Below, one piece after another: positions 1-12,783 of a stretch of 64,000 nt of DNA. Every line of letters starts with the position of its first letter. Position 1 is the stretch's first letter. The DNA is from Mobula hypostoma. Lineage: Eukaryota. A model generated the notes under the pieces. The model was given only the letters and a program-made list of their open reading frames with translations. It ran no database searches and was not told the DNA's origin. The stretch lies in NCBI RefSeq assembly GCF_963921235.1, contig NC_086097.1:145702001-145766000 (forward strand), written 5' to 3'. The position numbers were made by a program, and so were the translations under genes.

Positions 1-723
1 AGGTAACAGGATCAATCAAGCTCTATCGTTGTCAAGGGGTAAATGACCAGTTTCAAAGTGACGCAAAGTTCAGTTCAATTTAGTTCAGTTCAGTTCACAG
101 TAATCGCTGCCGTGGGAGATGGACAGTGGGGGGAAGGAGAGAGAGAGCAAAACGAATGAATATTCAAACGGCTTCCACACAGACCTTCGCAGTCAGCTTT
201 TGGGCGAGTCCTTTGTGATGTCATCTGAGGTCACCGACCGTGACCCCCTCCGTTGCCAGATACGATCGTTTCTCTGCGGTGAACCTGGCACCCAGGCAAT
301 GTTGGACACCACCAGGTTCCCGCCAATCGTGCCTTTCCACCCTGTGCGTCTATGGCTTGTCCCACGACCAGCCGTCCAAAATTTCCCACCGACTTGTGAG
401 AGACGCACCACTTCCAGGGTCTCGTTACCTCGGGGTGTCATGTGTGTCCTGCCTTAGCGAACCTGTCCCTTTTTATCCCCCTGCTGGGGTATCGCCTGTC
501 CATCACTTCAAACAGTTCAGGGTTCAAAGGGTGAGCCGATCTTGACAGCTCTCCTTCCGTTAGACTCTCCCGTCCCTTCATTAACATCTCCAAATGCTGC
601 TCCATTGTTTTCCTTATCTCTCTCTCTCTCTCTCTCCTGAAGACAGGTGGCAGACCAACTGCTGATCCCACTGGTGCCAGCACAGGACAGCTAACATCTT
701 AATCTATGTGTATTCTCGTCACA
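1..723 (-). mobile_element. Probable LTR of an LTR retrotransposon (5' part; runs off the window start)
   Basis: The minus strand begins TGTGACGAGAATAC at 723 (TG terminus), has a GATAAAA TATA-like box, is CpG-richer than its flanks and has no credible ORF. It ends right at the tip of the Tc1 TIR. The other end is not visible. Confidence 0.5.
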
Positions 724-1081
724 ATTGGCATGCAAAAGTTTGGGCACCCCTGGTCAAAATTTCTGTTACTGTGAATAGTTGAGTGAGTAGAAGATGAACT
801 GATCTCCAAAAGTCATAAAGTTAAAGATGAAAAATTCCTTTCAACATCTTAAGCAAGATTATTGTACTGGTGACCCCCATTTTCTGAACGTTTGCTTTAC
901 GACACCGCGCTGTTACGAAAGACCTACGTTAGTTACTTGTTTTCGCTAACAGGTGTTTTCACTGTTACAAAAAAAGGCAGCGTGCACCCGAACAGTCAAG
1001 CTCCTCCCCAGAACTGCATTCTAGCCACCATTGCTTAAATACATGTTTTATCTCAATTTATTTTGTGCATCCGTTAGCAAG

Positions 1082-4000
1082 ATGAGTTCTAAGGTACCGG
1101 AAAAGCCTAAAAGAGCTCGTAAGGGTGTTACACTTAGCGTAAAACTGGACATAATTAAGCGTTTCGATCGTGGTGAACGAAGTAAGGACATTGTCTGCGC
1201 GTTGATCTTGCCTGCATCCACCATTCGCACAATTTATATACAGACAGAAAGAATTTTGAAAGCTGCCAATGTTGCTGTTGGTTCTGATCGTAGCAAAGTG
1301 GTCTCTCTTAGTTGGCATCCAATAGTGGATAAAATGGAAAGTCTATTGCTTGAGTGGATTGATGGGTGTACAAAGCGTGGTGTTCCATTAAGTTTTCTTA
1401 TACTTAAGGAGAAATCAGTCAGTCTTTTTAATAAGCTGAAACAGAAAGCACTGGATGATACAAACATAGAAAATAGGTGCAGGAGTAGGCCATTCGTCCC
1501 TTCGAGCCTGCACCACCATTTAGTATGATCATGGCTGATCATCCAACTCAGAACCCTGTACCAGCCTTCCCCCCATACCCCCGATCCCTTTAGCCACAAG
1601 GGCCATATCTAACTCCCTCTTAAATATAGCCAATGAACTGGCCTCAACTGTTTCCTGTGGCAGAGAATTCCACAGATTCACCACTCTCTGTGTGAAGAAG
1701 TTTTTCCTCATCTCAGTCCTAAAAGGCTTCCCCTTTATCCTCAAACTGTGACCCCTCGTTCTGGACTTCCCCAACATCAGGAACAATCTTCCTGCATCTA
1801 GCCTGTCCAATCCCTTTAGGATTTTACATGTTTCAATAAGATCCCCCCTCAATCTTCTAAATTCCAACGAGTACAAGCCTAGTCGATCCAGTCTTTCATC
1901 ATATGAAAGTCCTGCCATCCCAGGAATCAATCTGGTGAACCTTCTTTGTACTCCCTCTATGGCAAGGATGTCTTTCCTCAGATTAGGGGACCAAAACTGT
2001 ACACAATACTCCAGGTGTGGTCTCACCAAGGCCTTGTACAAATGCAGTAGTACCTCCCTGCTCCTGTACTCGAATCCTCTTGCTATGAATGCCAGCATAC
2101 CATTCGCCTTTTTCACCGCCTGCTGTACCTGCATGCCCACTTTCAATGACTGGTGTATAATGACACCCAGGTCTCCTTGCACCTTCTCTTTTCCTAATCA
2201 GCCACCATTCAGATAATAATCCGTTTTCCTGTTTTTGCCACCAAAGTGGATAACCTCACATTTATCCACATTAAATTGCATCTGCCATGAATTTGCCCAC
2301 TCACCTAACCTATCCAAGTCACCCTGCATCCTCTTAGCATCCTCCTCACAGCTAACACTGCTGCCCAGCTTCATGTCATCTGCAAATTTGGAGATGCTGC
2401 ATTTAATTCCCTCATCCAGGTCATTAATATATCTTGTAAACAACTGGGGTCCCAGCACTGAGCCTTGCGGTACCCCACTAGTCACCGCCTGCCATTCTGA
2501 AAAGGTCCCGTTTATTCCCACTCTTTGCTTCCTATCTGCCAACCAATTCTCTATCCACATCAATACCTTACCCCCAATACCGTGTGCTTTAAGTTTGCAC
2601 ACTAATCCCCTGTGTGGGACCTTGTCAAAAGCCTTTTGAAAATCCAAATATACCACATCCACTGGTTCTCCCCTATCCACTCTACTAGTTACATCCTCAA
2701 AAAATTCTATGAGATTCGTAAGACATGATTTTCCTTTCACAAATCCATGCTTTGTCCAATGATTTCACCACTTTCCAAATGTGCTGTTATCACATCTTTG
2801 ATAACTGACTCTAGCATTTTCCCCACCACCGATGTCAGGCTAACCAGTCTATAATTCCCCGGTTTCTCTCTCCTTCCTTTTTTAAAAAGTGGGGGTTACC
2901 TTAGCCACCCTCCAATCCTCAGGAACTAGTCCAGAATCTAAAGAGTTTTGAAAAATTATCACTAATGCATCCACTATTTCTTGGGCTACTTCCTTAAGCA
3001 CTCTGGATGCAGACCATCTGGCCCTGGGGATTTATCCGCCTTTAATCCCTTCAATTTGCCTAACACCACTTCCCTACTAACATGCATTTCCCTCAGTTCC
3101 TCCATCTCACTGGACCCTCTGTCCCCTACTATTTCCAGAAGATTATTTATGTCCTCCTTAGTGAAGACAGAACCAAAGTATTTATTCAATTGGTCTGCCA
3201 TGTCCTTGCTCCCCATAATCAATTCACCTGTTTCTGTCTGTAGGGGACCTACATTTGTCTTAACCAATCTTTTTCTTTTCACACATCTATAAAAGCTTTT
3301 ACAGTCAGTTTTTATGTTCCCTGCCAGTTTTCTCTCATAATCTTTTTTCCCTTTCCTAATTAAGCCCTTTGTCCTCCTCTGCTGGACTCTGAATTTCTCC
3401 CAGTCCTCAGGTGAGCCACTTTCTCTGGCTAATTTGTATGCTTCTTCTTTGCAATTGACACTCTCCCTTGTCAGCCACGGGTGCACTACCTTCCTTGATT
3501 TATTCTTTTGCCAAACTGGGATGAACAATTGTTGTAGTTCATCCATGCGATCTTTAAATGCTTGCCATTGCATATCCACTGTCAACCCTTTAAGTGTCAT
3601 TTGCCAGTCTATCTTAGCTAATTCACGTCTCATACCTTCAAAGTTACCCTTCTTTAAGTTCGGAACCTTTGTTTCTGAATTAACTATGTTACTCTCCATC
3701 TTAATAAAGAATTCCACCATATTATGGTGTGTCGAAAGTGTTGCGAAAGTGGAATTTAAAAGTGGTCATGGGTGGTTTGATCGGTTTCTGAGGCGAGGGC
3801 AGCTTCATAGTTTAATGCTTACCAGAGAGTGCGCTTCGGCTGATACTGAAGCTGCCAAAAAGTTCCCAGCAGAACTGAAGAAAATAATTACAGAAAGTGG
3901 TTATTCCGATAAGCAAGTGTTTAACTGTGATGAAACTGCAATTTATTGGAAAAAATTGCCCAGCAAGACATTTACTTCGATAGAAGAAAAGCAGGCTAAG

Positions 4001-4645
4001 GGACACAAGGCATCAAAGGACAGGTTTACCCTCATGCCTAATATTAACGTCACTGGTGATGCAGTCCTTAAGCCTCTACTAGCGTACCGTTCAGAAACTT
4101 CGAGGGCACCTAAAGGCATCGATAAGAAAACACTTCCCGTTGTGTTCCGTTCACATCCAAGTGGTTGGAATACCCAAGTGCTTTTTTCTGAGTACATGAG
4201 TGGATACGTTAGCCCTTTTGTTGAAAAATACTGTAGAGACAATAACCTCGATAATAGGTGTCTTGTGATTGTCAATAATTGTCCACCTGGCATTACCGAG
4301 TATGGCAGTTAACATTCGTGTTGCGTTCTCACCGCCAAATACGACATCAATGCTGCAGCCATGCGACCAAGGCCTAATAGCCACAATTAAGGCTTACTAT
4401 AGGTAAAATGTGATGTGTTTTATTGTAAGTACCATTGACAGAGAGGGCAACTCCGAAGTGTCTTTACAAGAGGTCTGGAAAAAATGCAATATAAAATTGG
4501 CAATCGCCAACATTGGAGATGCTCTCGATAGGCTAACAGTCTCGATGAGAAATGGCGTTTGGAAGAAACGGTGTCCCGAAGCAGTGAATGACTTCAAAGG
4601 CTTCGAACCATCAACAACAAATATGGCAATAGTGAGTTTGGCTAC
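1082..4645 (+). pseudogene. pogo/Tigger (CENP-B-like HTH + DDE_1) transposase split by a CR1 insertion
   Basis: N-part 1082-1459 (TLSVKLDIIKRFDRGERSKDI...MESLLLEWI). C-part from ~3728 (FKSGHGWFDRFLRR, VFNCDET, GHKASKDRFTL), then frameshifted PPNTTSMLQPCDQG. The second catalytic Asp appears mutated (VIVNNCP). Confidence 0.9.
1460..3728 (-). mobile_element. 5'-truncated CR1 LINE (ORF2 reverse transcriptase)
   Basis: ORFs 2986-3720, 2198-2740 and 1529-2182: [52 protein letters not shown]. Short TTCTATG-type tail at ~1460. Confidence 0.95.
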
Positions 4646-5293
4646 TGTACATATATTATTTCTACAAACGTACTTTACATAGGCTGTGTATTTTCATGTC
4701 TTATTTGGTATGATTTGGCAGCTTCATAGCTTAAAGGTTACTGGAGAGTGTTTCTGCCCAGAGCGCTTGCGCTGAGAGTGCTGCCATGAGATTTTTGCTG
4801 AGCTAGACAGTGCAGAAAAGTATTTCTACTTTATATAGGCTGTGTATTTATCATATCATTCCTGCTTTTACTATATGTTACTGTTATTTTAGGTTTTATG
4901 TGTTATTTGGCATGATTTTGCAGGTTATTTTTTGGGTCTAGGAACGCTCAAAAATTTTTCCCATATTAATAAATGGTAATTGCTGATTCACTTTACCACA
5001 TTCTGGCTTACAAACCATTTCACAGGAACGCTCTACCTTCGGATCACGGGGGAAACCTGTATTATTTTTGTTTTGTACAATTTTAGAGTGAAGGGAAAGG
5101 AGCACCAGGCAAAAGTTTGGGCACCCCAAGAGATTTGAGCTCTCAGATAACTTCTACCAAGGTCTCAGACCTTAATTAGCTTGTTAGGGCTATGGCTTGT
5201 TCACAGTCATCGTTAGGAAAGGCCAGGTGATGCAAATTTCAAAGCTTTATAAATACCCTGACTCCTCAAACCTTGTCCCAACAATCAGCAGCC

Positions 5294-6310
5294 ATGGGCT
5301 CCTCTAAGCAGCTGCCTCGCACTCTGAAAATTAAAATAAATGATGTCCACAAAGCAAGAGAAGGCTATAAAAAGACAGCAAAGCGTTTTCAGGTAGCCGT
5401 TTCCTCAGTTCGTAATGTAATTAAGAAATGGCAGTTAACAGGAATGGTGAAGGTCAAGCTGAGGTCTGGAAGGTCGAGAAAACTTTCCGAGAGAACTGCT
5501 CGTAGGATTGCTAGAAAGGCAGATCAAAACCCCCGTTTGACTGCAAAAGACCTTCAGGAAGATTTAGCAGACTCTGGAGTGGTGGTGCACTGTTCTACTG
5601 TGCAGTGACACCCGCACAAATATGACTTTCATGGAAGAGTCATCAGAAGAAAACCTTTCCTGCGTCCTCACCACAAGATTCAGCATCAGAAGTTTGCAAA
5701 GGAACATCTAAACAAGCCTGATGCATTTTGGAAACAAACCCTGTGGGCTGAAGAAGCTAGAATAGAACTTTTTGGCCGCAATGAGCAAAGGTATGTTTGA
5801 AGAAAAAAGGGTGCAGAATTTCATGGAAAGAACACCTCTCCAACTGTTAAGCACGGGGGTGGATCGATCATGCTTTGGGCTTGTGTTGCAGCCAGTGGCA
5901 CAGGGAACATTTCACTGGTAGAGGGAAGAATGAATTCAATTAAATACCAGCAAATTCTGGAAGCAAACATCACACCGTCTGTAAAAAAGCTGAAGATAAA
6001 AAGAGGATGGCTTCTACAATAGGATAATGATCCTAAACACAACTCAAAATCCACAATGGACTACCTCAAGAGGTGCAAGCTGAAGGTTTTGCCGTGGCCC
6101 TCACAGTCCCTCGACCTAAACATCATCGAAAATCTGTGAATAGACCTCAAAAGTGCATGCAAGACGGTCCAAGAATCTCACAGAACTAGAAGTCTTTTGC
6201 AAGGAAGAATGGGCAAAACCCCCCAAACAAGAACTGAAAGACTCTTAGCTAGCTACAAAAAGCATTTACAAGCTGTCATACTGGCCAAAGGGGGTGTTAC
6301 TAAGTACTGA
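5294..6310 (+). pseudogene. Tc1 transposase pseudogene
   Basis: MGSSKQL...RSGRSRKLS (paired-like HTH and GRPR-like motif), [32 protein letters not shown], ending GGVTKY*. Several premature stops (e.g. TGA 5606-5608). Confidence 0.92.
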
Positions 6311-7992
6311 CCATGCAGGGTGCCCAAACTTTTGCTTCGGGCCCTTTTCCTTCTTTTGTTATTTTGAAACTGTAAAAGATGGAAATAAAAAAGTAATCTT
6401 GCTTAAAATATTAAGAAGTGTGTCATCTTTACCTTTATGCCTTTTGGAAATCAGGTCATTTTTACTCACTTAGCTATTCACAGTAACAGAAATTTTGACC
6501 AGGGTGCCCAAACTTTCGCATGTCACTGTACCAATGAGCTGAAACACAGATGTATAGAGAGAGTGACTGCCTGTGACCAAGAGTGTTCTCAGGGAACCCT
6601 GATAAAACTGAAATCAATGAACATTAAAAGGTTCTACTGATTCAAATCATACGTGCAAAAGGAAAAGTGCTGTGGAAGTCGATCATCTGAATCCCAGAAC
6701 ATTGCTGCTAAATCTGTTCAGTCAGATCTCAGTCTCAATGATCTACTGTTGCTTTATCAATAAAGTCCCCTTCAATTCCATTCATAGTCATAGATCACTA
6801 CAACACAATACAGAAATAGGCCTTCTGGCCCATCTAGTTCATGTCAAACTTATTTTCCTGAGGTACAGGATACTGAAGACACACAATGTTTCAGGAACAG
6901 CTTCTTCCTCTCTGCCATCAGATTTCTGAATGGACAATGAACCCATTAACACTACCTCACTTTTTTTGCTCTCTTTTTGCACAATTTGATTTTATATACC
7001 TTATTGTAATTTATATATTTTTTAAATTATGTTCTGCTGCCCCCCCAAAAAATGATGACAAATCCCAATGACATTAAACCCGATTCTGATCCTGCCAAGT
7101 CCCACTAACCTGCACCTGGACCATACCCCTCCATACTCCTCCCATCCATGTACGTATCCAAATTGCTCTGAAATGTTAAAATTTAAACCACATCCACCAC
7201 TTCAGCTGACAGCTTGTTCCACACTCTCACCACACTCTGAGTAAAGAAGTTTCCCCATGATTTCTCAGAAAATAGTTTCCATCTTCATATAGCAAGAAAT
7301 ATACAGCACTGAAGCAAAGGCTGGCATTGACAAGAAAGTTACACGCCCCACTAGTGCCTGTAATGGCTTACTCCAAGAGGACAGCACACCACCTAAGCTT
7401 GCAGTCAAATAAAATACCATCTCAGAGTCCCACCATCAACATTTTAAGGGCCCACAATGGCAATTTCAATTGGACCAGTCACATAAATACCCGCGCTGCA
7501 AGAACTGACCACTGGTAACTCATCACCTAAGCGCACCAAATCATTTTCATAAACCATAGGTTTGAAGTGCTCCGAAATTCTCTCCAGTTACCGGCAGTAC
7601 AGACGAGGAAGATAGCTGCCAGCATCCAGAACAAAGCAGCCTACTTTGACTGATACTTCACCCCTCATTGACATACCGTGTGTTAAATGCAGTTTTATCA
7701 TGGTTAATGACAGAAATTACTAAGGATGATCCAACAGATGCAGAGGTTATGTCTCAAACATTACAGTAGCATAAAATTGGGGCAATGAGCTTGCAGGAAA
7801 GAGGTAAAGAAAGCCCCAAGACAAAGTCTAATGTACAAGCTTTAAACTGACAATGAAACACTCCATGTAGACTAGAGTTCAATATTTAGCAAACTAGAAA
7901 AGATATGACATTTAAATTTTGCAGATGTGTTCTTTAATAAAATTTACATTAAAACTTTCAGAAATGCAGAAAACAATTTCTTATCATCATCC

Positions 7993-9367
7993 ATGTGGAA
8001 TCTGATTAATTGTGCCATTAATTAGGGCAGTCACTCATCTTGGAAACTCTTAAAGGACAAAAAGTAATCGAGAAAACAGCTGGATCTCCATTCATTTAGT
8101 TAGGACAATATGCTGTTTAATTAGGACAAGGGACTATTGCCAGTTTCTGACTGGCATCAGTTGCTCACACTTGTGCGGCCATTAGACACTACACCCTGGT
8201 TAGAGCAAAGAATTTTTAAATAGTGTCAGTTGTGTGTGTTTTTGTCACTGATAGCTGGTGAAAAATAACCAGTAAGATAATTCAGAACTGTTTTGCTCAC
8301 TGTGGTTTCAAGTATTCAGGCTTAGAATTGTCAGATACGACCAGGGTTGAAAATGAAACAATTTCATTACTTCAACAAATTAGGAACTACAAAGAATTTG
8401 AAGGTATCAACAAACATTCTTCCATTGTAACATTCAAGATAATTGCAAAGCAAGCATGACAGCACCTCCACTTCCTCAGGAGTCTGCAGAGATTCCACAT
8501 GTCATCAAAAGCATTGGCAAACTTCTGTAGACGTGTGGTGGGAAGTGTGCTGACTGCCTGCATTACGGCCTGGTACGGCAACACCAAATCCTGCAAAATG
8601 TAGTGAATTCAGCCCGGAACATCACAGGTTTAGGCCTCCCAACCACTGAGCACATCTACATGAAACATTGCCGTAGAAAAGCAGCATCAATTATCAAAGA
8701 TCCTCACTAACCAGGCCAGGCTCTATTCTTGCTGCTGCCATCAGGTAGAAGGTACAAGTGCCTCAGGACTCGCACCACCAGCTTCAAGAACAGTTACTAC
8801 CCCTCAACCGTCAGACTCCTCAGCAACACTCATTCTATTTCTGGTATTCTCACATCCATGGTCTCACTTTAAGGATTCTATCTTGTTATTTCACATTCAT
8901 TACTTATTGCTATTTATATTTGCATTGGTTGTTCATTGATCTTGTTTACAGTTACTGTTCTATAAGTTTACCAAGTATGCCCTCAGGACAAAGAATCTCA
9001 GGGCTGTTTGTGGTGACATGCATGTTCTCTGATAATAAATTTTACTTCGAACTTTGGAAATGAAGATTTGGAGGATGCAATCATCGAAAGCATCGTATAA
9101 AGGCAGTCCATTGTCTGCACTATGTGGCTACAATGATTTTATTCATTTACAATCACAGCAGCACACAATGAATTCCTCCATCTATAACTATTATGAACTA
9201 ATACACAGCTTTTATAGTATTGAGGTAGTATTGGTAGTTTTCTAATTTGCTGTTTTTTTGTTTATTTAAATTTAAATACATAATGTTACTCTACTAAATG
9301 GTAGCTTGTCTTTTTTTTATGCCTTTTAAACTATTTCCGTGAAACTTGTTGCCCCCAGAATCCACTG
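7993..9367 (+). mobile_element. Degenerate Tigger/pogo-derived non-autonomous element containing a Rex1-like insert
   Basis: The right end AATCCACTG-TA resembles the left CATGTGGAATC. Remnant IQNCFAHCGF (pogo C-terminal motif) at ~8279-8310. Confidence 0.5.
8447..9055 (+). mobile_element. Rex1/Babar-type LINE 3' fragment
   Basis: KA*QHLHFLRSLQRF, NFCRRVVGSVLTACITAWYGN, LLPSGRRY..., AATAAA and a (GAACTT)-like tail. Confidence 0.75.
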
Positions 9368-9837
9368 TACTCTAAATTGTCATTTATCAGTTTTTAAGCA
9401 CAATTTTGCTTTACTTACTTGTTGTAACTTACATTAGGTAGCAGTTCCATTATATCCAAAAGGGTGGAAATAAGGTTTATTTTAATGCAATATATCAGAC
9501 TTCAATTCTGATCAAGCAATGGGCATCAAGATTTATATTTTTAGATTCTTACAAATCCATTATTTTCTAAAATTCCAACCATTATCATAGATTGGCTTCT
9601 CAAAATAAAATGCACGTCTCAACCAAATTCAGGCAATATCAAATTTGATCACAATTCCAAAAAAAATGGATGTTGTTAACAGGGAAATAATACAAGGCAA
9701 TCTTATTGAAACAAGTAAGAAAATTGGAAATATTGAAAAACCTACTTTCCAAAATGTAGCTAGATGCTATTAATTTACAAAGAATAATAGAAATTATACA
9801 CAAAACATTATTTAAATACAAAATTATTTTGAGTATT

Positions 9838-10607
9838 AAACACAAAATGCCAGAGGAACTCAGCAAGTTAGGCAGCATCTGTGGAGGGGAATAAATAATT
9901 GATGTTTTAGTCAAGACCCTTCATTAGGATCGGAAAGGAATGGGACAGAAGCCAGAATAAGGAGGAGGGAGGGGAAGGAGTGCAAACTGACAGGTGATGA
10001 GAAAGGTAAGTAGGTAGGTAGGTGGGTGGGTGGGTGTGGGTGTGGGAGAATATCAGAAGCTGGGAGGGGCTAAGTGGAAGCGATAAAAGGCTGAAGAAGG
10101 AACCTGAGAGGGGAGGACAGTGGACAATGAAAGAAAGGGAAGGATGAAGGGAAGTTTCTCCACCTTCCAGTGGCATCTCCCCCACATCACCTCTCTTTCT
10201 GTATTCCTCATTCTAGTTACCCTTTCATCCATTCTCTTCTCATCACCTGCCCATCACCTCTTTCTCGTTCTCCCTCCTCCTTCCCCTTCCATGATTTACT
10301 GCCCTTTCCTATCATAGCACATCTTCAACCCTTTATCACAACTATTCCCTCCCATCTTCTAACTTTATTCCCACTCCCCCACTCACCTTGCGCCTCGCCC
10401 AGCCTCGCCTATAACCTACCAGTTTGCACACCTTCCCACCCCTACTTTCTTATTCTGGCTTCTGACCCTGCCTTCCTTTCCAGACATGATAATGGGTGTC
10501 AGCCAGAAACGTTGACTATTCATATTCTTCTTTAAATTTTACCTGACTTGCTCCACCACTGTGCGCCTTGCTCAAGATTGACAGCATCTACAGAATCTCT
10601 TGTGTTT
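9838..10607. mobile_element. Palindromic Penelope-derived non-autonomous element (two inverted terminal repeats)
   Basis: The left half resembles the Penelope end at 12784-13200 (purine-rich). The right half is its pyrimidine-rich inverted counterpart, with the centre near 10155. Both arms carry decayed hammerhead cores. Confidence 0.75.
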
Positions 10608-10895
10608 ACGTGAATTACTTTGTTAAGATTGCTCAAATGATCGATAAAACGAGAATATAACGTAAGAAAATCAAGAGTTTGCCGTGAAGAGGAGTAAACT
10701 AAGTTCGGGAGATAAGAGTCTGATTCAGGAGTCACTGGGATTCAGCAGGAAGATCCCGAGGCCCGAATGTCACCAGCCTCCTCCCACCCAGCCCAGCTTG
10801 ACCCGAATCTCTTGCATTATTAGTGCTTGAAATACTTTTACTCAGAAGAATGCCACTGAATATACTGTTTGTAATTCTCCTTTCTTATTATTTAC

Positions 10896-10979
10896 CTGTC
10901 TGACAGCCGTCGCAAAGGCGAACTCCCCAGCTTCCTTCAAATCGAGCCAGATCATCGGCATCCGAGGCACGGCCTCCAT
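10896..10979 (-). CDS. PTPN23: PTPN23 (HD-PTP, Bro1-domain phosphatase) coding exon 1
   Basis: 84 nt encoding MEAVPRMPMIWLDLKEAGEFAFATAVRQ, matching the recalled vertebrate PTPN23 N-terminus (MEAVPRMPMIWLDLKEAG...). Kozak aacATGG, phase-0 donor CAG|GTAAAT. Exon 2 was not found in the window. Confidence 0.95.
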
Positions 10980-10999
10980 GTTGAAAGGATGTAAACTGC

Positions 11000-11095
11000 G
11001 ATTAACCGGAAGTCAGGTGCACAGCAACGGAAATTAGTAAGGAACATGCTGGAACTTGTAGTTTACATAACTGATACCCCGGCTTGCGCAATTAA
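11000..11095 (-). promoter_or_regulatory. PTPN23 proximal promoter (ETS, ZNF143/THAP11-type ACTACA and C/EBP motifs)
   Basis: CCGGAAGT at 11006-11013. Minus-strand ACTACAAGTTCCAGCATG at 11062-11045. TTGCGCAA palindrome at 11084-11091. All lie within 115 bp upstream of the ATG, with local CpG enrichment. Confidence 0.7.
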
Positions 11096-11249
11096 TTGTG
11101 GGTTTTTTTGGCCATTATTTTCACTGCCTTCTTTCTATGACTGCCTTTTTTGCAATAAATAAAAATGATAATTTCCGCTATAGTGACCATTTTGAGAATT
11201 ATTAACTTAAATATTAAAATTGAATTGGCAGTTGATAGAAAAGTCGTCG

Positions 11250-12245
11250 AATTGAATTGACTTTATTTCTTACATCCTTCACATACATGAGGAGTAAAAA
11301 TCTTCACGTGCCGTCCTCTGTCTAAATGTGCAATATGCAATCATAGCAATTTATAATAAATAGAGCATAGAAAAACACACAAATCAGCGTGTGTTAATCA
11401 GTCTGATGGCCTGTTGGAAGCAGCTGTCCCGGAGCCTGTTGGTCCTGGCTTTTATGCTGTGGTAGCATTTCCTGGATCATAACAGCTGGAACAGTTTGTG
11501 GTTGGGGTGACTCGGGTCCCCAATGATCCTTCGGGTCCTTTTCTCACACCTGAATCATGTTCACAACTACAGATGTGTTGGGTTGTCCGCACCACTCTCT
11601 GCAGAGTCCTGCAATTAAGGGAGGTACAGTTGCCATACCAGGTTGTGATGCAGCAGTAAGGATGCTCTCAATTGTGCCCCTGTAGAAAGTTCTTAGGATT
11701 TGGGAGCCCATACCAAACTTTCTCAACCGTCTGAGGTGAAAGAGGTGCTGTTGTGCCTTTTTCACCACACAGCTGATGTGTACAGACCACGTGAGGTCCT
11801 CGGTGATGTGCATTGTGAGGAACTTGAAGCTGCTTACCTTCTCAACCCCAGATCCATTGATGTCAGTAGGGGTTAGCCCGTCTCCATTCCTCCTGTAATC
11901 CACAACCAGCTCCTTTGTTTTTGCGACATTGAGGGAGAGGTTGTTTTCTTGACACCATTATGTCAGAGAGATGACTTCTTCCCCGTAGACCACCTCGTTA
12001 TTGTTTGAGATTAGGCCAAAACAATTCAGTGTTATTAGCAAACTTAATTAGCAGATTGTAGCTGTAGGTGGCAACACAGTCATGGGTATACAAGGAGTAA
12101 AGGAGGGGATTTAGTACATAGCCCTGAGGGGCTCCTGTGTTGAGAGTCAGAGGGGTGGAGATGAGGGACCCCACTCTTACCACCTGCTGGTGATCTGACA
12201 GGAAGTCCAGGATCCACTTCACAAGGCTGGGGTCTCTGAGCTTCC
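11250..12245 (-). mobile_element. Rex1/Babar-type LINE 3' portion
   Basis: WILDFLSD..QVVRVG, LNTGAPQGYVLNPLLYSLYTHDC, KKAQQHLFHLRRLRKF. (CAATT)n tail at 11250. Confidence 0.85.
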
Positions 12246-12404
12246 TGTCAAGCTGGATAATAATATTAATAAATTGGATATTAATATGGTTTTTATATTA
12301 TTGAGTTAGTAGGCTAATATCATTTGTTTAGGATATTGATCCAGTACTCTGAGCTCAAAACCCATTTTAGTTAATCCAGGTAATCAATAAAACATTAAGA
12401 CTCC

Positions 12405-12783
12405 AGGGGTGGTGGGGAGGAGGTACATCCCTACCAAAGGAGGTGTAAAGCGCTCTTTCCCTCTGCTAGCCTGCAGGTCACCCTTGGGCAAGGAGTAGCA
12501 CCTACTTAGGCCTCCAGTTCCAGTCGCATGAAGTCATGGGAGCTGGTGGTGGATGGTCATATGAGCAACTAGTGCATACTACCAGTCCACTGACGCCAGG
12601 CAGACAACCTCTGAGGAGTATTGATAATGGCTGAGGTCACCCATCTTGTAAACACACTACACAGAAGAAGGCAATGGCAAACCACTTCTGTAAAAAAGAT
12701 TGTAAAGAATCATGATGGTCATGGATAGAGAAGATAGAAGGCCATGACCGTCCACGTCATACAACACGGCACATAACGATAAT
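12405..12783 (+). mobile_element. RTE-related SINE or LINE fragment
   Basis: GAAGAAGGCAATGGCAAACCACTTCTG (RTE/BovA-like motif). Its (GAT)n-type tail is split by the Penelope insertion and resumes at ~15306. Confidence 0.55.

Larger units (their letters stand above)
867..5059 (+). mobile_element. Tigger/pogo DNA transposon inserted in the Tc1 left TIR
   Basis: TA target duplication (865-866 / 5060-5061). Imperfect TIRs CTGGTGACCCCC vs CAGGTTTCCCCC. Tc1 sequence is continuous across the insertion. Confidence 0.88.
722..6528 (+). mobile_element. Tc1/mariner IR/DR-type DNA transposon, interrupted by a Tigger/pogo element
   Basis: ~210-bp TIRs (left 722-866 plus 5062-5127, right ~6318-6528), each with outer and inner direct repeats GCAAAAGTTTGGGCACCC. 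TA follows the right end (6529-6530). Confidence 0.93.

Noticed and set aside
65..100. (AGTTC)n array and other short repeats (poly-C ~21690, (ATT)n ~32040) as CRISPR-like or functional arrays
   Set aside because: They are simple microsatellites without spacers, in a eukaryotic context.
119..683. Overlapping short ORFs at the window start
   Set aside because: No recognisable domain. They are explained by the GC-richer LTR-like sequence and a (CT)n microsatellite.
1031..1528. Possible domesticated TIGD/CENP-B-like gene
   Set aside because: It is flanked by TIRs and a TA duplication, split by a LINE, frameshifted, and has a catalytic Asp mutated. It is a dead transposon.
3434..4312. 292-aa ORF that looks like a novel fusion protein
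   Set aside because: It is antisense CR1 sequence running by chance in frame into the C-half of the broken Tigger transposase.
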